Positions 28,616-37,911 of a stretch of 64,000 nucleotides of DNA are shown here, piece by piece. Position numbers and translations under genes: made by a program. The notes below the pieces were generated by a model that was given only the letters and a program-made list of their open reading frames with translations, did no database searches and was not told the origin of the DNA. The stretch's first letter is position 1; each line of letters opens with the position of its first letter. The stretch covers positions 124,001 to 188,000 of IMG/VR virus record IMGVR_UViG_3300040801_002079; one strand, given 5' to 3'.

Positions 28616-29083
28616 TTAAGAGTTGGTTTTTTCTAATAATGCATTAAGCTGATTTATTTTCTTTTCTTGGTCTCGTACCGTCCCTTCTAATTTTTGAATA
28701 AGTTGAATGTATTCATCTTTGGCTTTATTATTGTCAGTAATAGCCTTAAGGACGATGTTTTTCTGTATTAATAAATTCTTTTCGGCATTTTCTAATTGCC
28801 TCTGAACAACATCGACTTTCTCAAGAAGCTTATTTCGCTCTTGTTGCATAATGTCAGCAGCGTGGTTCATACTGCTTGCTAACTTTTTAAGGAATTCGAT
28901 TTTATGTTTATCATCCCATTTATGGAATTCTTCACCAAAATTGATCATTCTGGCTCTGGGAGCAGTAATTCCTTCAAAGTCTAACTCTTTTAGTCCTTCA
29001 ACTTCTATCCCAAGATATTCTTGAGTATGGGGGCTTTCTTCCCCTGCATCCATGATGTCATCAATATCGTCTCTGTTTGTCAT
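28616..29083 (-). CDS. coiled-coil hypothetical protein
   Basis: late promoter at 29108-29115; heptad-rich C-terminal half. Confidence 0.65.
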   Translation of the reverse strand: MTNRDDIDDIMDAGEESPHTQEYLGIEVEGLKELDFEGITAPRARMINFGEEFHKWDDKHKIEFLKKLASSMNHAADIMQQERNKLLEKVDVVQRQLENAEKNLLIQKNIVLKAITDNNKAKDEYIQLIQKLEGTVRDQEKKINQLNALLEKTNS

Positions 29084-29114
29084 GATTATTCCTCTTGAGT
29101 GTACCTATATTTAT

Positions 29115-29146
29115 AAAAAAAATCCCCGCTGTCAAGCGGGGATTTT
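29115..29146 (-). terminator. Rho-independent terminator
   Basis: AAAATCCCCGCT-GTCA-AGCGGGGATTTT, T run on the - strand. Confidence 0.85.
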
Positions 29147-29180
29147 CATTAACGCTAAATTTTAAGAAAGTAGCTTTCCG

Positions 29181-31124
29181 TCAAGCATCTGAGGTCCTGA
29201 TCGCGGCGATTGTACCACCGGTACTCGTTAGCGTTGATGGTGCCTCAAACGTCTTAATAGGCGTTGATCCACCATCTCTAACTCGTACAAACAATGCTCT
29301 ATCACCTAGACCATTATTATAAATGGTTGTGAACGTTGCTGTCGTAGTAGCATCAGCAATTTCATCAATATAAGCAATAAAGATGTTATTGCCGGTTGTA
29401 GCGTCTGCATCATCAGACCCCTGATATGCGCCACTTAGCGTGTAAACAGAACCAGTGTATGAGGTATATGCCTGTGGAGCATATACGCCATTATCGTCCT
29501 GAACACGAACAATACCACTAGCTGGAGTATCAACAGGAATCGAAGAGGTGGTTGTAATGGTAGTTGAAACGTTATCAGTTAATGTACCATTAATCGTATC
29601 CTGATCTTTCTGTAGAATACCCGCTGCACGAGGTCCAACCAATACTCTATCCTCAGCCTCAACCAAACCAGTTACCGTGAAGGTTACATTGTTTGGAGGA
29701 ATCTGCGCTGTACCCGATAGGTCTTCTAGAGAATCCGATGCTCGTAGATCATCTGGGTCAACACCAATACCGTATGCACCAATCAACGAACCCGTATATG
29801 ATCCGAGGAAGGTTTTTGGAACGGTACGTGCTGTTGGAGCACCATTTACATCTGCTGTTGCACTAGAGGTTAATCCTCTAACTGGCAAATCATCAACAGG
29901 GGCAGAGCCAGTTTGTAACTGAATGTACATGTTGCCCGTTGTACCATCATCATCCAATGCTAATAGCAATCCGCTACCGCCGTTATTAGCATTGTTTAGA
30001 ATGGTCGTATCAACTGCTGCTGTAACTGCACCAGTTCCATCAGCCACAGTGATAACATCGTTATCAGCAATAGTGATTGTTGGGTCTTCAAGAGCAACAA
30101 TCATGTTAGTTGAGCCATTGTCGTACATCACACGACCCGCAGCACCATTGGTTCCAATTGTTACATAATCGCCAGCAGAGAATGTTCCACCCGATAATGT
30201 GTCATATGTAATATCGGTTCCCCATACTACAACCTCATCTTCTTGGAATGGACCGCTAGCTTCATTGTCATAAGCAAACGAGTGTGTAATTCCCAAGAAT
30301 AGCTCACCGTTAATACCATGAATGGTTTTGGCTGTGCCATTACCAGTAAGGTCTTTGATGAATTCCCACATACCTTTAAGGCCGTCACCCGATGTATCAG
30401 CGCCATATGTCCAACGAGAGTAGTATTCTCTAGCACCACTACCGTTATTAAGATCAATGGTCTGGAATCCTTCGGTGTTTGTTACGTGCGTATATGCAGT
30501 AACTGTACCCTGTGAAGTGTCATTTTGTGCGTCAGGTGTTGTACCGATAGCCGCAACGGACTCACCCTGTCCCAAGGTTACGTTGAAGAAGTCGTATGAA
30601 TCGCCCCAGTGACGAGCTTGTACACGAATTCTTTTACCATTAATATCTGCACCATTCACACGAGATTTAATCAAAACCCTCATAAGAATACCAGCAGCAG
30701 TGTTACCATTGTAACCACCCGATGACTGATCGCCCCAGAAAGGAGCAGATGGTGTAGTAGTAAACTGATAAAGCTCATTATCCTGAATGATCATAAGCTG
30801 TGTGTTCGCGTTATTTACAGCACCAAGTACCTGTAGTCCAGAATAAACGGTGTCACCATCATCCTGAGTAATAGAACCAGCATAGAGATGTTCTGCTGCC
30901 GTATCATCGATGTTGTACGTACCTAGCAACGTGATAATGTTATCCGTTGAACGCTCAGATGGTGTATCCGAGGTAATGTCAATTAGGTCATTACCCGATG
31001 CACTCGCGTCATCAGCTAGGTCTTGTAAGAATCGGTGAAGTTCCAATACAGTGTAGTTTGCTGTTGTTCCTGTATATCTAATGTCCCCATTTACGGCAAC
31101 ACTGAAATCGTCTGCAATAGCCAT
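29181..31124 (-). CDS. Abundant virion structural protein (decoration/fibre-like)
   Basis: 647 aa Gly/Thr/Asp-rich, with its own late promoter (31193) and terminator. Confidence 0.7.
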   Translation of the reverse strand: MAIADDFSVAVNGDIRYTGTTANYTVLELHRFLQDLADDASASGNDLIDITSDTPSERSTDNIITLLGTYNIDDTAAEHLYAGSITQDDGDTVYSGLQVLGAVNNANTQLMIIQDNELYQFTTTPSAPFWGDQSSGGYNGNTAAGILMRVLIKSRVNGADINGKRIRVQARHWGDSYDFFNVTLGQGESVAAIGTTPDAQNDTSQGTVTAYTHVTNTEGFQTIDLNNGSGAREYYSRWTYGADTSGDGLKGMWEFIKDLTGNGTAKTIHGINGELFLGITHSFAYDNEASGPFQEDEVVVWGTDITYDTLSGGTFSAGDYVTIGTNGAAGRVMYDNGSTNMIVALEDPTITIADNDVITVADGTGAVTAAVDTTILNNANNGGSGLLLALDDDGTTGNMYIQLQTGSAPVDDLPVRGLTSSATADVNGAPTARTVPKTFLGSYTGSLIGAYGIGVDPDDLRASDSLEDLSGTAQIPPNNVTFTVTGLVEAEDRVLVGPRAAGILQKDQDTINGTLTDNVSTTITTTSSIPVDTPASGIVRVQDDNGVYAPQAYTSYTGSVYTLSGAYQGSDDADATTGNNIFIAYIDEIADATTTATFTTIYNNGLGDRALFVRVRDGGSTPIKTFEAPSTLTSTGGTIAAIRTSDA

Positions 31125-31315
31125 TGTATGTATTTCTCCTTAAGTTTAACGTTAAAATGGTATTTCTTGAATACCTAAAAATTATTCAAATATATTTATA
31201 CGAATGGCGCTGTTGTTATAAAAAAATGCTTTACTTTTGATTTTTTACATGTTATAGTAATCATGCTAAATACAAATGTAAGACTAAAACCATTAGGACA
31301 TAGGAGGTATGACTA

Positions 31316-32476
31316 ATGCATAATTACGACTATATCGTATATATCGGGCGATTCCAGCCCTTCCATAATGGTCATCTGACCACGCTTATGAAAGCTCTGC
31401 GCTTGGGCCAAAAGGTTATCATGGTGCTAGGCTCTTCAAATTCCCCTCGAACCTATAAAAATCCTTGGACTTCTACTGAACGAGAAGTAATGATTCGCAG
31501 TTGCCTTAGTGCAACCGAGAACGAAGCATTAGAATTTGCTCATATAGAAGACCATCTTTATTCCAATGAGAAATGGTTACTTGATGTTCGTACCGAGGTG
31601 CGCAAGATCATTACCACCACTCGCACACAGATTGTTTTAAATGAAGATGATTATAATGATCCAAATTATAAACACTCTGTTGCCCTCATTGGGTATAACA
31701 AAGATGAATCCAGCTTTTATACTAAAGAGTTTCCGGATTGGCCCTTAATTGAAACGGGACCACATATTAAGGAAAGTACCGGGAAAGGGAAGCCAGTCGG
31801 ATCAACCATGATTCGCTTCTTAATGTTTACTGGCGATTTGGGATATGTTGAAAGCAACGTTCCTCCCGCCATCTATGCATTTCTTGAAAATTTTACCACC
31901 ACTGAGGACTTTCAGTATCTTCAGGACAGCTTCGACCACTACTACAACGAAGAAAAGCAGTACAAGGATTTACCATATTGGATGAATTTCTTCACCGCTG
32001 ATGCCGTAGTGGTACAGTCGAACCATGTCTTGCTTGGTAAGCGCAAACATCACCCCGGTAAAGGTCTTTGGGCTTTACCCGGAGGTCATGTTAGCGTAAA
32101 TGAAACTTCATATGAAGCCGCTTTGCGTGAACTTACCGAGGAAACTAGAATTAAAGTTCCAAAGGGTAAAATTATCGGTAGTATGGTAATGAATCGTCGC
32201 TTTGATCACCCCGCACGGTCTCTCAGATGTCGTGTAACGGGAAATCATGGTAGGACCGTAACCGATGCCTTCTTCTTTAAGCTTGACGGAGTAGCGTCAA
32301 GCGGAGAAGCAATACATTCACTCCCTAAAGTAAAGGGTGATGATGATTTAGAGGAAGCCCGCTGGTTCCCGCTAGATGAGGTTCGAAACATGCGCTCCGA
32401 GCTTTTTGAAGATCATTTGGACATTATTGAATATTTTGTAGATAGAGCACCCAAGGAGTCTACTTCTTCTTGGTAA
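31316..32476 (+). CDS. nadM: Bifunctional NMN adenylyltransferase / Nudix ADP-ribose pyrophosphatase (NadM-Nudix, NatV-like)
   Basis: IGRFQPFHNGH HxGH motif; Nudix box GGHVSVNETSYEAALRELTEET. Confidence 0.95.
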   Translation: MHNYDYIVYIGRFQPFHNGHLTTLMKALRLGQKVIMVLGSSNSPRTYKNPWTSTEREVMIRSCLSATENEALEFAHIEDHLYSNEKWLLDVRTEVRKIITTTRTQIVLNEDDYNDPNYKHSVALIGYNKDESSFYTKEFPDWPLIETGPHIKESTGKGKPVGSTMIRFLMFTGDLGYVESNVPPAIYAFLENFTTTEDFQYLQDSFDHYYNEEKQYKDLPYWMNFFTADAVVVQSNHVLLGKRKHHPGKGLWALPGGHVSVNETSYEAALRELTEETRIKVPKGKIIGSMVMNRRFDHPARSLRCRVTGNHGRTVTDAFFFKLDGVASSGEAIHSLPKVKGDDDLEEARWFPLDEVRNMRSELFEDHLDIIEYFVDRAPKESTSSW

Positions 32477-32505
32477 ATTAAACTAACCCATGTTACATAG
32501 GAGGT

Positions 32506-33957
32506 ATGAACATGAACACAACTTTTCTAAAATCAATTCTTAACGTACACGGTGCGAAGACCGATGGATACAAGTTTGATCATCACAAGCAGACTGTTCC
32601 CGGTATGACCAACGCCTTTTCTTACATCGAATCCCGAGGAACTAACTTGGATTGGGATAACCCCCGAACCCTGTTCTTTGGATTACAGATGTATCTTAAA
32701 GAGTATATGACTCAGCCTGTTACTCATGAAGATATCGATGCCATCATTCCCCTAGTGGAAAAATATGGTGTTGAATTCAACGAGAAGGGATGGAGACATA
32801 TTGTTGATGCCCATGGAGGCATTCTTCCATTGAAAATTCGGGCAGTTAAAGAGGGTACAGTGATGCCATTAAGTAATGTAATGGTGTCAGTTGAAGCCAC
32901 TGATCCCGAGTGCTACTGGTTAGCACCTTTCGTAGAAACTGCTTTGCTCCGTGCAGTGTGGTATCCAACCACGGTTGCATCCAATTCATTCCGCGCCAAG
33001 GAAATCATCAAAGGATTCTTGGATGAGACTGCTGATAACGGTGATCTTGAACTTCCGTTCAAGTTGCATGACTTCGGTGCAAGGGGTGTATCTTCCGCTG
33101 AAAGTGCACAGATTGGAGGTGCAGCACATCTTGTCAACTTCATGGGTTCTGATACCTTTGAGGGTGCGCTTGCAGCCATGTTGTATTACGACACTGATAT
33201 GCCAGCCGGTACGATTCCTGCTGCCGAACACTTCACCATTACCTCTTGGGGTCCAGAAGGTGAAACCAGTGCGTACCGAAATATGCTTCGGACTTTCGGT
33301 GGTCCTGATAAAATGCTTGCAGTGGTGTCTGATTCTTACGACATGTATAATGCTGCCGAGCATATTTGGGGTGAAGAGCTTCGTGATGACGTTATCAACA
33401 TGGGTGGAACCTTAGTGGTTCGTCCTGATTCTGGTGACCCACTGGTTGTTCCCGTTGATGTCATTGAAATTTTAATGGAGAAGTTTGGTTACACTATCAA
33501 CAAGAAGGGATACAAGGTTCTTCCTGATTGCATTCGAGTTATTCAGGGTGACGGTATCACCGTTGATAACATCAAAGCCATTCTTACTCGCATGAAGTCT
33601 CGTAAGCTTAGCGCATCTAATATTGCATTCGGAATGGGCGCTGGTCTGCTTCAGCAGGTTGACCGTGATACCTACAAGTTTGCAATGAAGTGTTCTGCAA
33701 AGGAAATCAATGGTCGATGGGAAGATGTTTGGAAAGACCCTAAGACTGATTCCGGTAAGAAGTCCAAGCGTGGTCGTGTCACGCTGGTACAGGATCGCAA
33801 TACAAAAGAGTTTAGAACCATTAGACTTGATGGGCCAACTTCTGTTAAGGAAACGGAACTAAATGTAATGCGAACTGTATATAATAACGGTGTTGTTGAG
33901 TCCGAGTTTCAGACGTTTGACGAAATTCGTGAACTTTCAAATTCGTACTTGAAATAA
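32506..33957 (+). CDS. nadV: Nicotinamide phosphoribosyltransferase
   Basis: TDGYKFDH, LHDFGARGVS, PAAEH, VVSDSYD, VVRPDSGDP, VIQGDG, FGMGAGLLQ; SD spacing favours ATG 32512. Confidence 0.96.
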   Translation: MNMNTTFLKSILNVHGAKTDGYKFDHHKQTVPGMTNAFSYIESRGTNLDWDNPRTLFFGLQMYLKEYMTQPVTHEDIDAIIPLVEKYGVEFNEKGWRHIVDAHGGILPLKIRAVKEGTVMPLSNVMVSVEATDPECYWLAPFVETALLRAVWYPTTVASNSFRAKEIIKGFLDETADNGDLELPFKLHDFGARGVSSAESAQIGGAAHLVNFMGSDTFEGALAAMLYYDTDMPAGTIPAAEHFTITSWGPEGETSAYRNMLRTFGGPDKMLAVVSDSYDMYNAAEHIWGEELRDDVINMGGTLVVRPDSGDPLVVPVDVIEILMEKFGYTINKKGYKVLPDCIRVIQGDGITVDNIKAILTRMKSRKLSASNIAFGMGAGLLQQVDRDTYKFAMKCSAKEINGRWEDVWKDPKTDSGKKSKRGRVTLVQDRNTKEFRTIRLDGPTSVKETELNVMRTVYNNGVVESEFQTFDEIRELSNSYLK

Positions 33958-33986
33958 CACAAAGTTGTATATATAATAAATATAAT

Positions 33987-34059
33987 ATGGAGACGGATGC
34001 CTTCGGGGTCCGTCCTCCATTAATTTTAATATTGCTTAAATTAGGAGGATATTATTATG
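33987..34059 (+). promoter_or_regulatory. Structured hsp20 5' UTR with ROSE-like thermometer element
   Basis: hairpin ATGGAG-ACGGATGCC-TTCG-GGGTCCGTC-CTCCAT (33987-34020), then TTGCT (34032-34036) able to pair with SD AGGA (34043-34046) with a bulged G. Confidence 0.6.
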
Positions 34060-34551
34060 AACGCAAAATTAAAAACTTTAACACCTGTTACACCCAAAGT
34101 TAGTGCATTACAATCACTTTTCCCAGATATGAACAAATCCGGTAGGAATTTGTGGATGTTTGATGATTTCTTGGAAGGGCTGTTTGATGACTTTAATTCG
34201 TATCAAACCGAAATTACATTTCCAAAATATAATGTGAAATTCCATAAGGATACAGGAGATGGAATTATTGAAATTGCATTGGCTGGCTACGACAAGAGTG
34301 ATATCAACGTTGAATTAACTCCGGAAAATAAACTTCGGGTTTCGAACGTTAAAACGGAAAACAACGTTGATCGGGAAGATGATTGGGTCTACACGAAAAA
34401 TGGAATCGCCTCTAGGGATTTCAGTATTTCATGGAAGCTAAGTCCCTATCAAGAGGTTGGTGATGTGGAATTCGTCAATGGTATTTTGACCATTAAGATT
34501 AATAACACTGAGCCGCCTAAGCCGGAAACGAAGTACCTTAAAATTAAGTAA
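34057..34551 (+). CDS. hsp20: Small heat shock protein Hsp20 (IbpA-like)
   Basis: FPKYNV, IEIALAGY, GIASRDF, NGILTI. Confidence 0.92.
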   Translation: MNAKLKTLTPVTPKVSALQSLFPDMNKSGRNLWMFDDFLEGLFDDFNSYQTEITFPKYNVKFHKDTGDGIIEIALAGYDKSDINVELTPENKLRVSNVKTENNVDREDDWVYTKNGIASRDFSISWKLSPYQEVGDVEFVNGILTIKINNTEPPKPETKYLKIK

Positions 34552-34574
34552 GCTTATTTACTAAGCACTTAAGT

Positions 34575-34600
34575 AAAGAGGGGACTTCGGTCCCCTCTTT
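34575..34600 (+). terminator. Rho-independent terminator (UUCG loop)
   Basis: AAAGAGGGGAC-TTCG-GTCCCCTCTTT. Confidence 0.88.
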
Positions 34601-34659
34601 CATTTGCAATGTTATAAATTTGCTGGTATAATAAATAATTCATAACAACAGGTAAAAAA

Positions 34660-35154
34660 ATGAAGATTAGAGAATTAAAAGAGAGCGCAGACTATCCGGA
34701 AATTATAGTTATGATAGGGCTTCCCGGTGTAGGGAAGAGTACCGTAATAAAGCGGGATTACCCAAACCATACAATCGTATCTTCGGATGATATTATTGAG
34801 AAATATGCTGCCGAAGAAGGAAAGACCTACGATCAGGTTTTTCAGAAATATATTGGGCAAGCTTCAGGCGAAATGAAATCAGTATTTCGCAGAGCAGTCC
34901 AGAATAATGAGAACATTGTCTGGGATCAGACAAATCTTTCCAAGAAGAAAAGGAGAGGTATACTGAGTCAGGTTCCTCGGCATTATAGAAAAGTTGCCGT
35001 GGTATTTGATGTCTCTGATAAAGTTCGTTATGAGCGAATGGCGCAGAGAGAAGGTAAGAGTATTCCTGCTCATGTAATACAGAGTATGGAAAAAGCGTAT
35101 CAGGCCCCAACCAAAGATGAGGGGTTTGATGAAATTAGAGTAATAAAGGAGTAA
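34660..35154 (+). CDS. AAA_33 P-loop kinase (polynucleotide-kinase-like module)
   Basis: MIGLPGVGKST, SSDDII, VWDQTN, lid R..R; MKIRELKE N-terminus. Confidence 0.8.
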   Translation: MKIRELKESADYPEIIVMIGLPGVGKSTVIKRDYPNHTIVSSDDIIEKYAAEEGKTYDQVFQKYIGQASGEMKSVFRRAVQNNENIVWDQTNLSKKKRRGILSQVPRHYRKVAVVFDVSDKVRYERMAQREGKSIPAHVIQSMEKAYQAPTKDEGFDEIRVIKE

Positions 35155-35160
35155 ATAAAA

Positions 35161-35769
35161 ATGGAAAACATGGTAAAGACTTCATTCACCGGACTGAATC
35201 GACTTCCTCAGATTCTAGCATTGAATAAGAGTGGTGAAGCAATGAGATGGATAGACTACGAAAAGTGTGCATATTACTATGCAAAAGATCGCGTACTGTG
35301 GAGTTTAGGACAGTATGAGGTTATTTTGCGCGGTGGTAGGAATGCGCTCACAGGTCAGCCGTCGATACTTACCATGGATTCCATTGTAGCTATTGACAGT
35401 GATCGTAGTCCAACAAAGTCTCGCAATTACACCTCTCCAGCATTGGAGAACAGACTTCTTTTCCGTAGAGATAAGAACATCTGTGCGTATTGTGGACACC
35501 GCTATGGTAGCAACCAGTTAACTCGTGATCACGTTACTCCACGTTCTCGTGGTGGTAAGAACACTTGGGATAACGTTGTTACCGCTTGTAAGGGATGCAA
35601 CCAGTGGAAAGCAGACAGTATGCTTAATGAACTTGATTTAAAGTTGATTTATGTTCCATACACCCCTACATACAATGAGCACTTGATTCTCAAGAATCGC
35701 AAGATACTTGCAGACCAAATGGAATTTCTTATGAAAGGTGTTGGTAAGAACAGCAGACTGTTGTCTTAA
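35161..35769 (+). CDS. HNH endonuclease (McrA-like/HNH_5)
   Basis: CAYCG...TRDHVTPRSRGG...NVVTACKGCN. Confidence 0.9.
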   Translation: MENMVKTSFTGLNRLPQILALNKSGEAMRWIDYEKCAYYYAKDRVLWSLGQYEVILRGGRNALTGQPSILTMDSIVAIDSDRSPTKSRNYTSPALENRLLFRRDKNICAYCGHRYGSNQLTRDHVTPRSRGGKNTWDNVVTACKGCNQWKADSMLNELDLKLIYVPYTPTYNEHLILKNRKILADQMEFLMKGVGKNSRLLS

Positions 35770-35843
35770 CCCTTTACAAGACTACATTTTGTGGTATAAT
35801 ACAAAGGAAGCCTAGAGCTTCCTTTGTTTTTTTGGAGAACAAT

Positions 35844-36416
35844 ATGGATTTACATGAATTTAATAAAAATGCAATAAAAACAGAGTCTTTAGTCGATACT
35901 GTAATTACAGATAGAGCTATTTTAATGGAATCTTTGGTTGCCTTTGAGCAGGTATCAGAATTATTGGATGCATTAAAAAAGAGTGCTTTTTATAATAAAC
36001 CAATAGATGTTGAGAAGCTTATGGGTTCAGCCGATTCAATCAATAAAATTGGATATGTACTCTCAAATGAAGACATATGGGAAATAGGGGCGACAAAAAA
36101 TGACGATATTAACCCTCGTTTATTCCATGCCATAATTGGAATTTTAACTGAAGCGGGTGAACTTGCAACAATATTGATAAATCACTTGCAGGGCGAAGAA
36201 TTGGATACAGTCAACATGCTAGAAGAATTTGGCGACATTGCATGGTATCAAGCAATCGCATATGATGAATTGAATGTTGATCCATACCATCCACTGGTAG
36301 CAGTGATTAACAAACTAAGGGCTAGATACCCAAACAAGTTTACTTCAGATGATGCTATAAATCGTGATGTAGACAGTGAGCGGGCTATACTTGAGGATTC
36401 CTTAAAGGGTGAATAA
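35844..36416 (+). CDS. MazG-like nucleotide pyrophosphohydrolase
   Basis: GILTEAGEL...EEFGDIAWY...KLRARYPNKF. Confidence 0.85.
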   Translation: MDLHEFNKNAIKTESLVDTVITDRAILMESLVAFEQVSELLDALKKSAFYNKPIDVEKLMGSADSINKIGYVLSNEDIWEIGATKNDDINPRLFHAIIGILTEAGELATILINHLQGEELDTVNMLEEFGDIAWYQAIAYDELNVDPYHPLVAVINKLRARYPNKFTSDDAINRDVDSERAILEDSLKGE

Positions 36417-37044
36417 AATGAGACCAGTATGTTTAGTAGATTTAGATGACACATTGGGTGATTTAAAAAATCCAATGATGAAAGCTCTTAATCGATCAAC
36501 CGGAAAGGACATTCATTGGTCGGAGTGGTACACATACAATGTTCCAACATTATATGATATATCCGATGATGCATTTATGGACATATTGATTAATGAGCAT
36601 GTTATTGAGAATTTAGAGATACATCAATCAAGTTATAAATTTCTGAATGATTTGCACTTATTGGGGTATTATACAGTATTGATAACCGCAAGAGGGTGGC
36701 ACCCAAGAGGAAAAGAAATAACCGAAGAATGGGTCAGTGATTATAATTTGGATATTGATGAACTTATCGTGGTTGAACATGATCAAAGTAAAACGGATGT
36801 AATTTCCGGGTTTAATAATATTGTATTTTCGATTGATGATAGAATAAAACATTGTCGAGAATACATGAGAACTGGGCGCATTCAACATGTTTTGGTATAT
36901 GATGCCCCATGGAATACACATATGACGAAACACAACCCATTCGTGGGCGGGGATGATTATCATCAAAGAATTTTTGATCTACATGAAATTATAGAGCACG
37001 TTGAATGGTGCGATAATAAAAGGAGAGTTTCAAATGTTTGCTAA
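36409..37044 (+). CDS. HAD-family 5'-nucleotidase (NT5C-like), second copy
   Basis: LVDLDDTL, LITARG, SIDDR, DAPWN. Confidence 0.82.
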   Translation: MNKMRPVCLVDLDDTLGDLKNPMMKALNRSTGKDIHWSEWYTYNVPTLYDISDDAFMDILINEHVIENLEIHQSSYKFLNDLHLLGYYTVLITARGWHPRGKEITEEWVSDYNLDIDELIVVEHDQSKTDVISGFNNIVFSIDDRIKHCREYMRTGRIQHVLVYDAPWNTHMTKHNPFVGGDDYHQRIFDLHEIIEHVEWCDNKRRVSNVC

Positions 37045-37327
37045 GTTTGCAGATAAAACAAAAGTTGAAAAGTTATTGGAAAAAGATGCTACATTGGTAG
37101 ATATGAGGTCTCCCGTTGCGTTTAGGAACGGATCAATTGAGGGATCAGTTAACCTGCCCCTCAAGAATTTTTTAAATCGTCTTCCCGGACTTGACAAGAA
37201 TAAGGGATTGATCTTATTCAGTGACGCAAAGAACCACCCCGATGTGACTTCAGCAATTAATTATGCTGCGCAGCTTGGGTTTTCCAATATTTTTGTTTCT
37301 GAATATAATACGTTAAAGGACAAATAA
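37034..37327 (+). CDS. Rhodanese-like domain protein (active-site Cys absent)
   Basis: LVDMRSPVAFRNGSIEGSVNLPL; LILFS at the position of the usual IVVYC. Confidence 0.72.
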   Translation: MFAKFADKTKVEKLLEKDATLVDMRSPVAFRNGSIEGSVNLPLKNFLNRLPGLDKNKGLILFSDAKNHPDVTSAINYAAQLGFSNIFVSEYNTLKDK

Positions 37328-37911
37328 TGACTCTAGGTGAACCTGATCAGTGCATTTGTGGTAGAACCGTTTCAGGGTTCAGTACGTGCCCTGTTCACGG
37401 TGATAAATGGTTTGGGACGGGTACCCCAAATGAAAACAATGATAATAAGCCATTTCCAGCGTTATACTATTTAATCCCCGAAGGGGACTATTGTTATAGA
37501 CGGACAGGTAGAGTTGTTATAGATAACCGTGTATGGGATGATGATGAATACAAATATGTTTCATACTATTTTAAGCCTGAAACAAAACTCTGCTCATTCT
37601 GGAAATCCATAGGTGATGGGAATGCTCTTTGCACTTACATGAATGAAATAAGCTATCAGAGTGAATGCAATAATCTGGTATGGGATCAAGTAAAGGAATG
37701 TGGGGTTCGTGTGGCAGACTACAGTTTAGACGAACTTGAGCACATGAGGGACAATGATCCAGATTGGTACAAGGCCACAAAACGCCAAAAGAAATTTCCA
37801 CAATTTATGGAAAGTCTTGTTACTATCCTAATGGACTCAGAAACAAATGAACTGACTTATGATGGAATTACTTACACCCTAAGTCAGCACATTTATGATA
37901 GTGGCAATTAA
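37327..37911 (+). CDS. Cys-rich hypothetical protein
   Basis: CICG...CPVH, YYLIPEGDYCY, LVWDQVKECG. Confidence 0.6.
   Translation: MTLGEPDQCICGRTVSGFSTCPVHGDKWFGTGTPNENNDNKPFPALYYLIPEGDYCYRRTGRVVIDNRVWDDDEYKYVSYYFKPETKLCSFWKSIGDGNALCTYMNEISYQSECNNLVWDQVKECGVRVADYSLDELEHMRDNDPDWYKATKRQKKFPQFMESLVTILMDSETNELTYDGITYTLSQHIYDSGN

Noticed and set aside
35161-35769. HNH as an intron-encoded homing endonuclease
   Set aside because: Flanking genes are complete and there is no intron-like structure; it looks like the free-standing bacterial McrA-like family.
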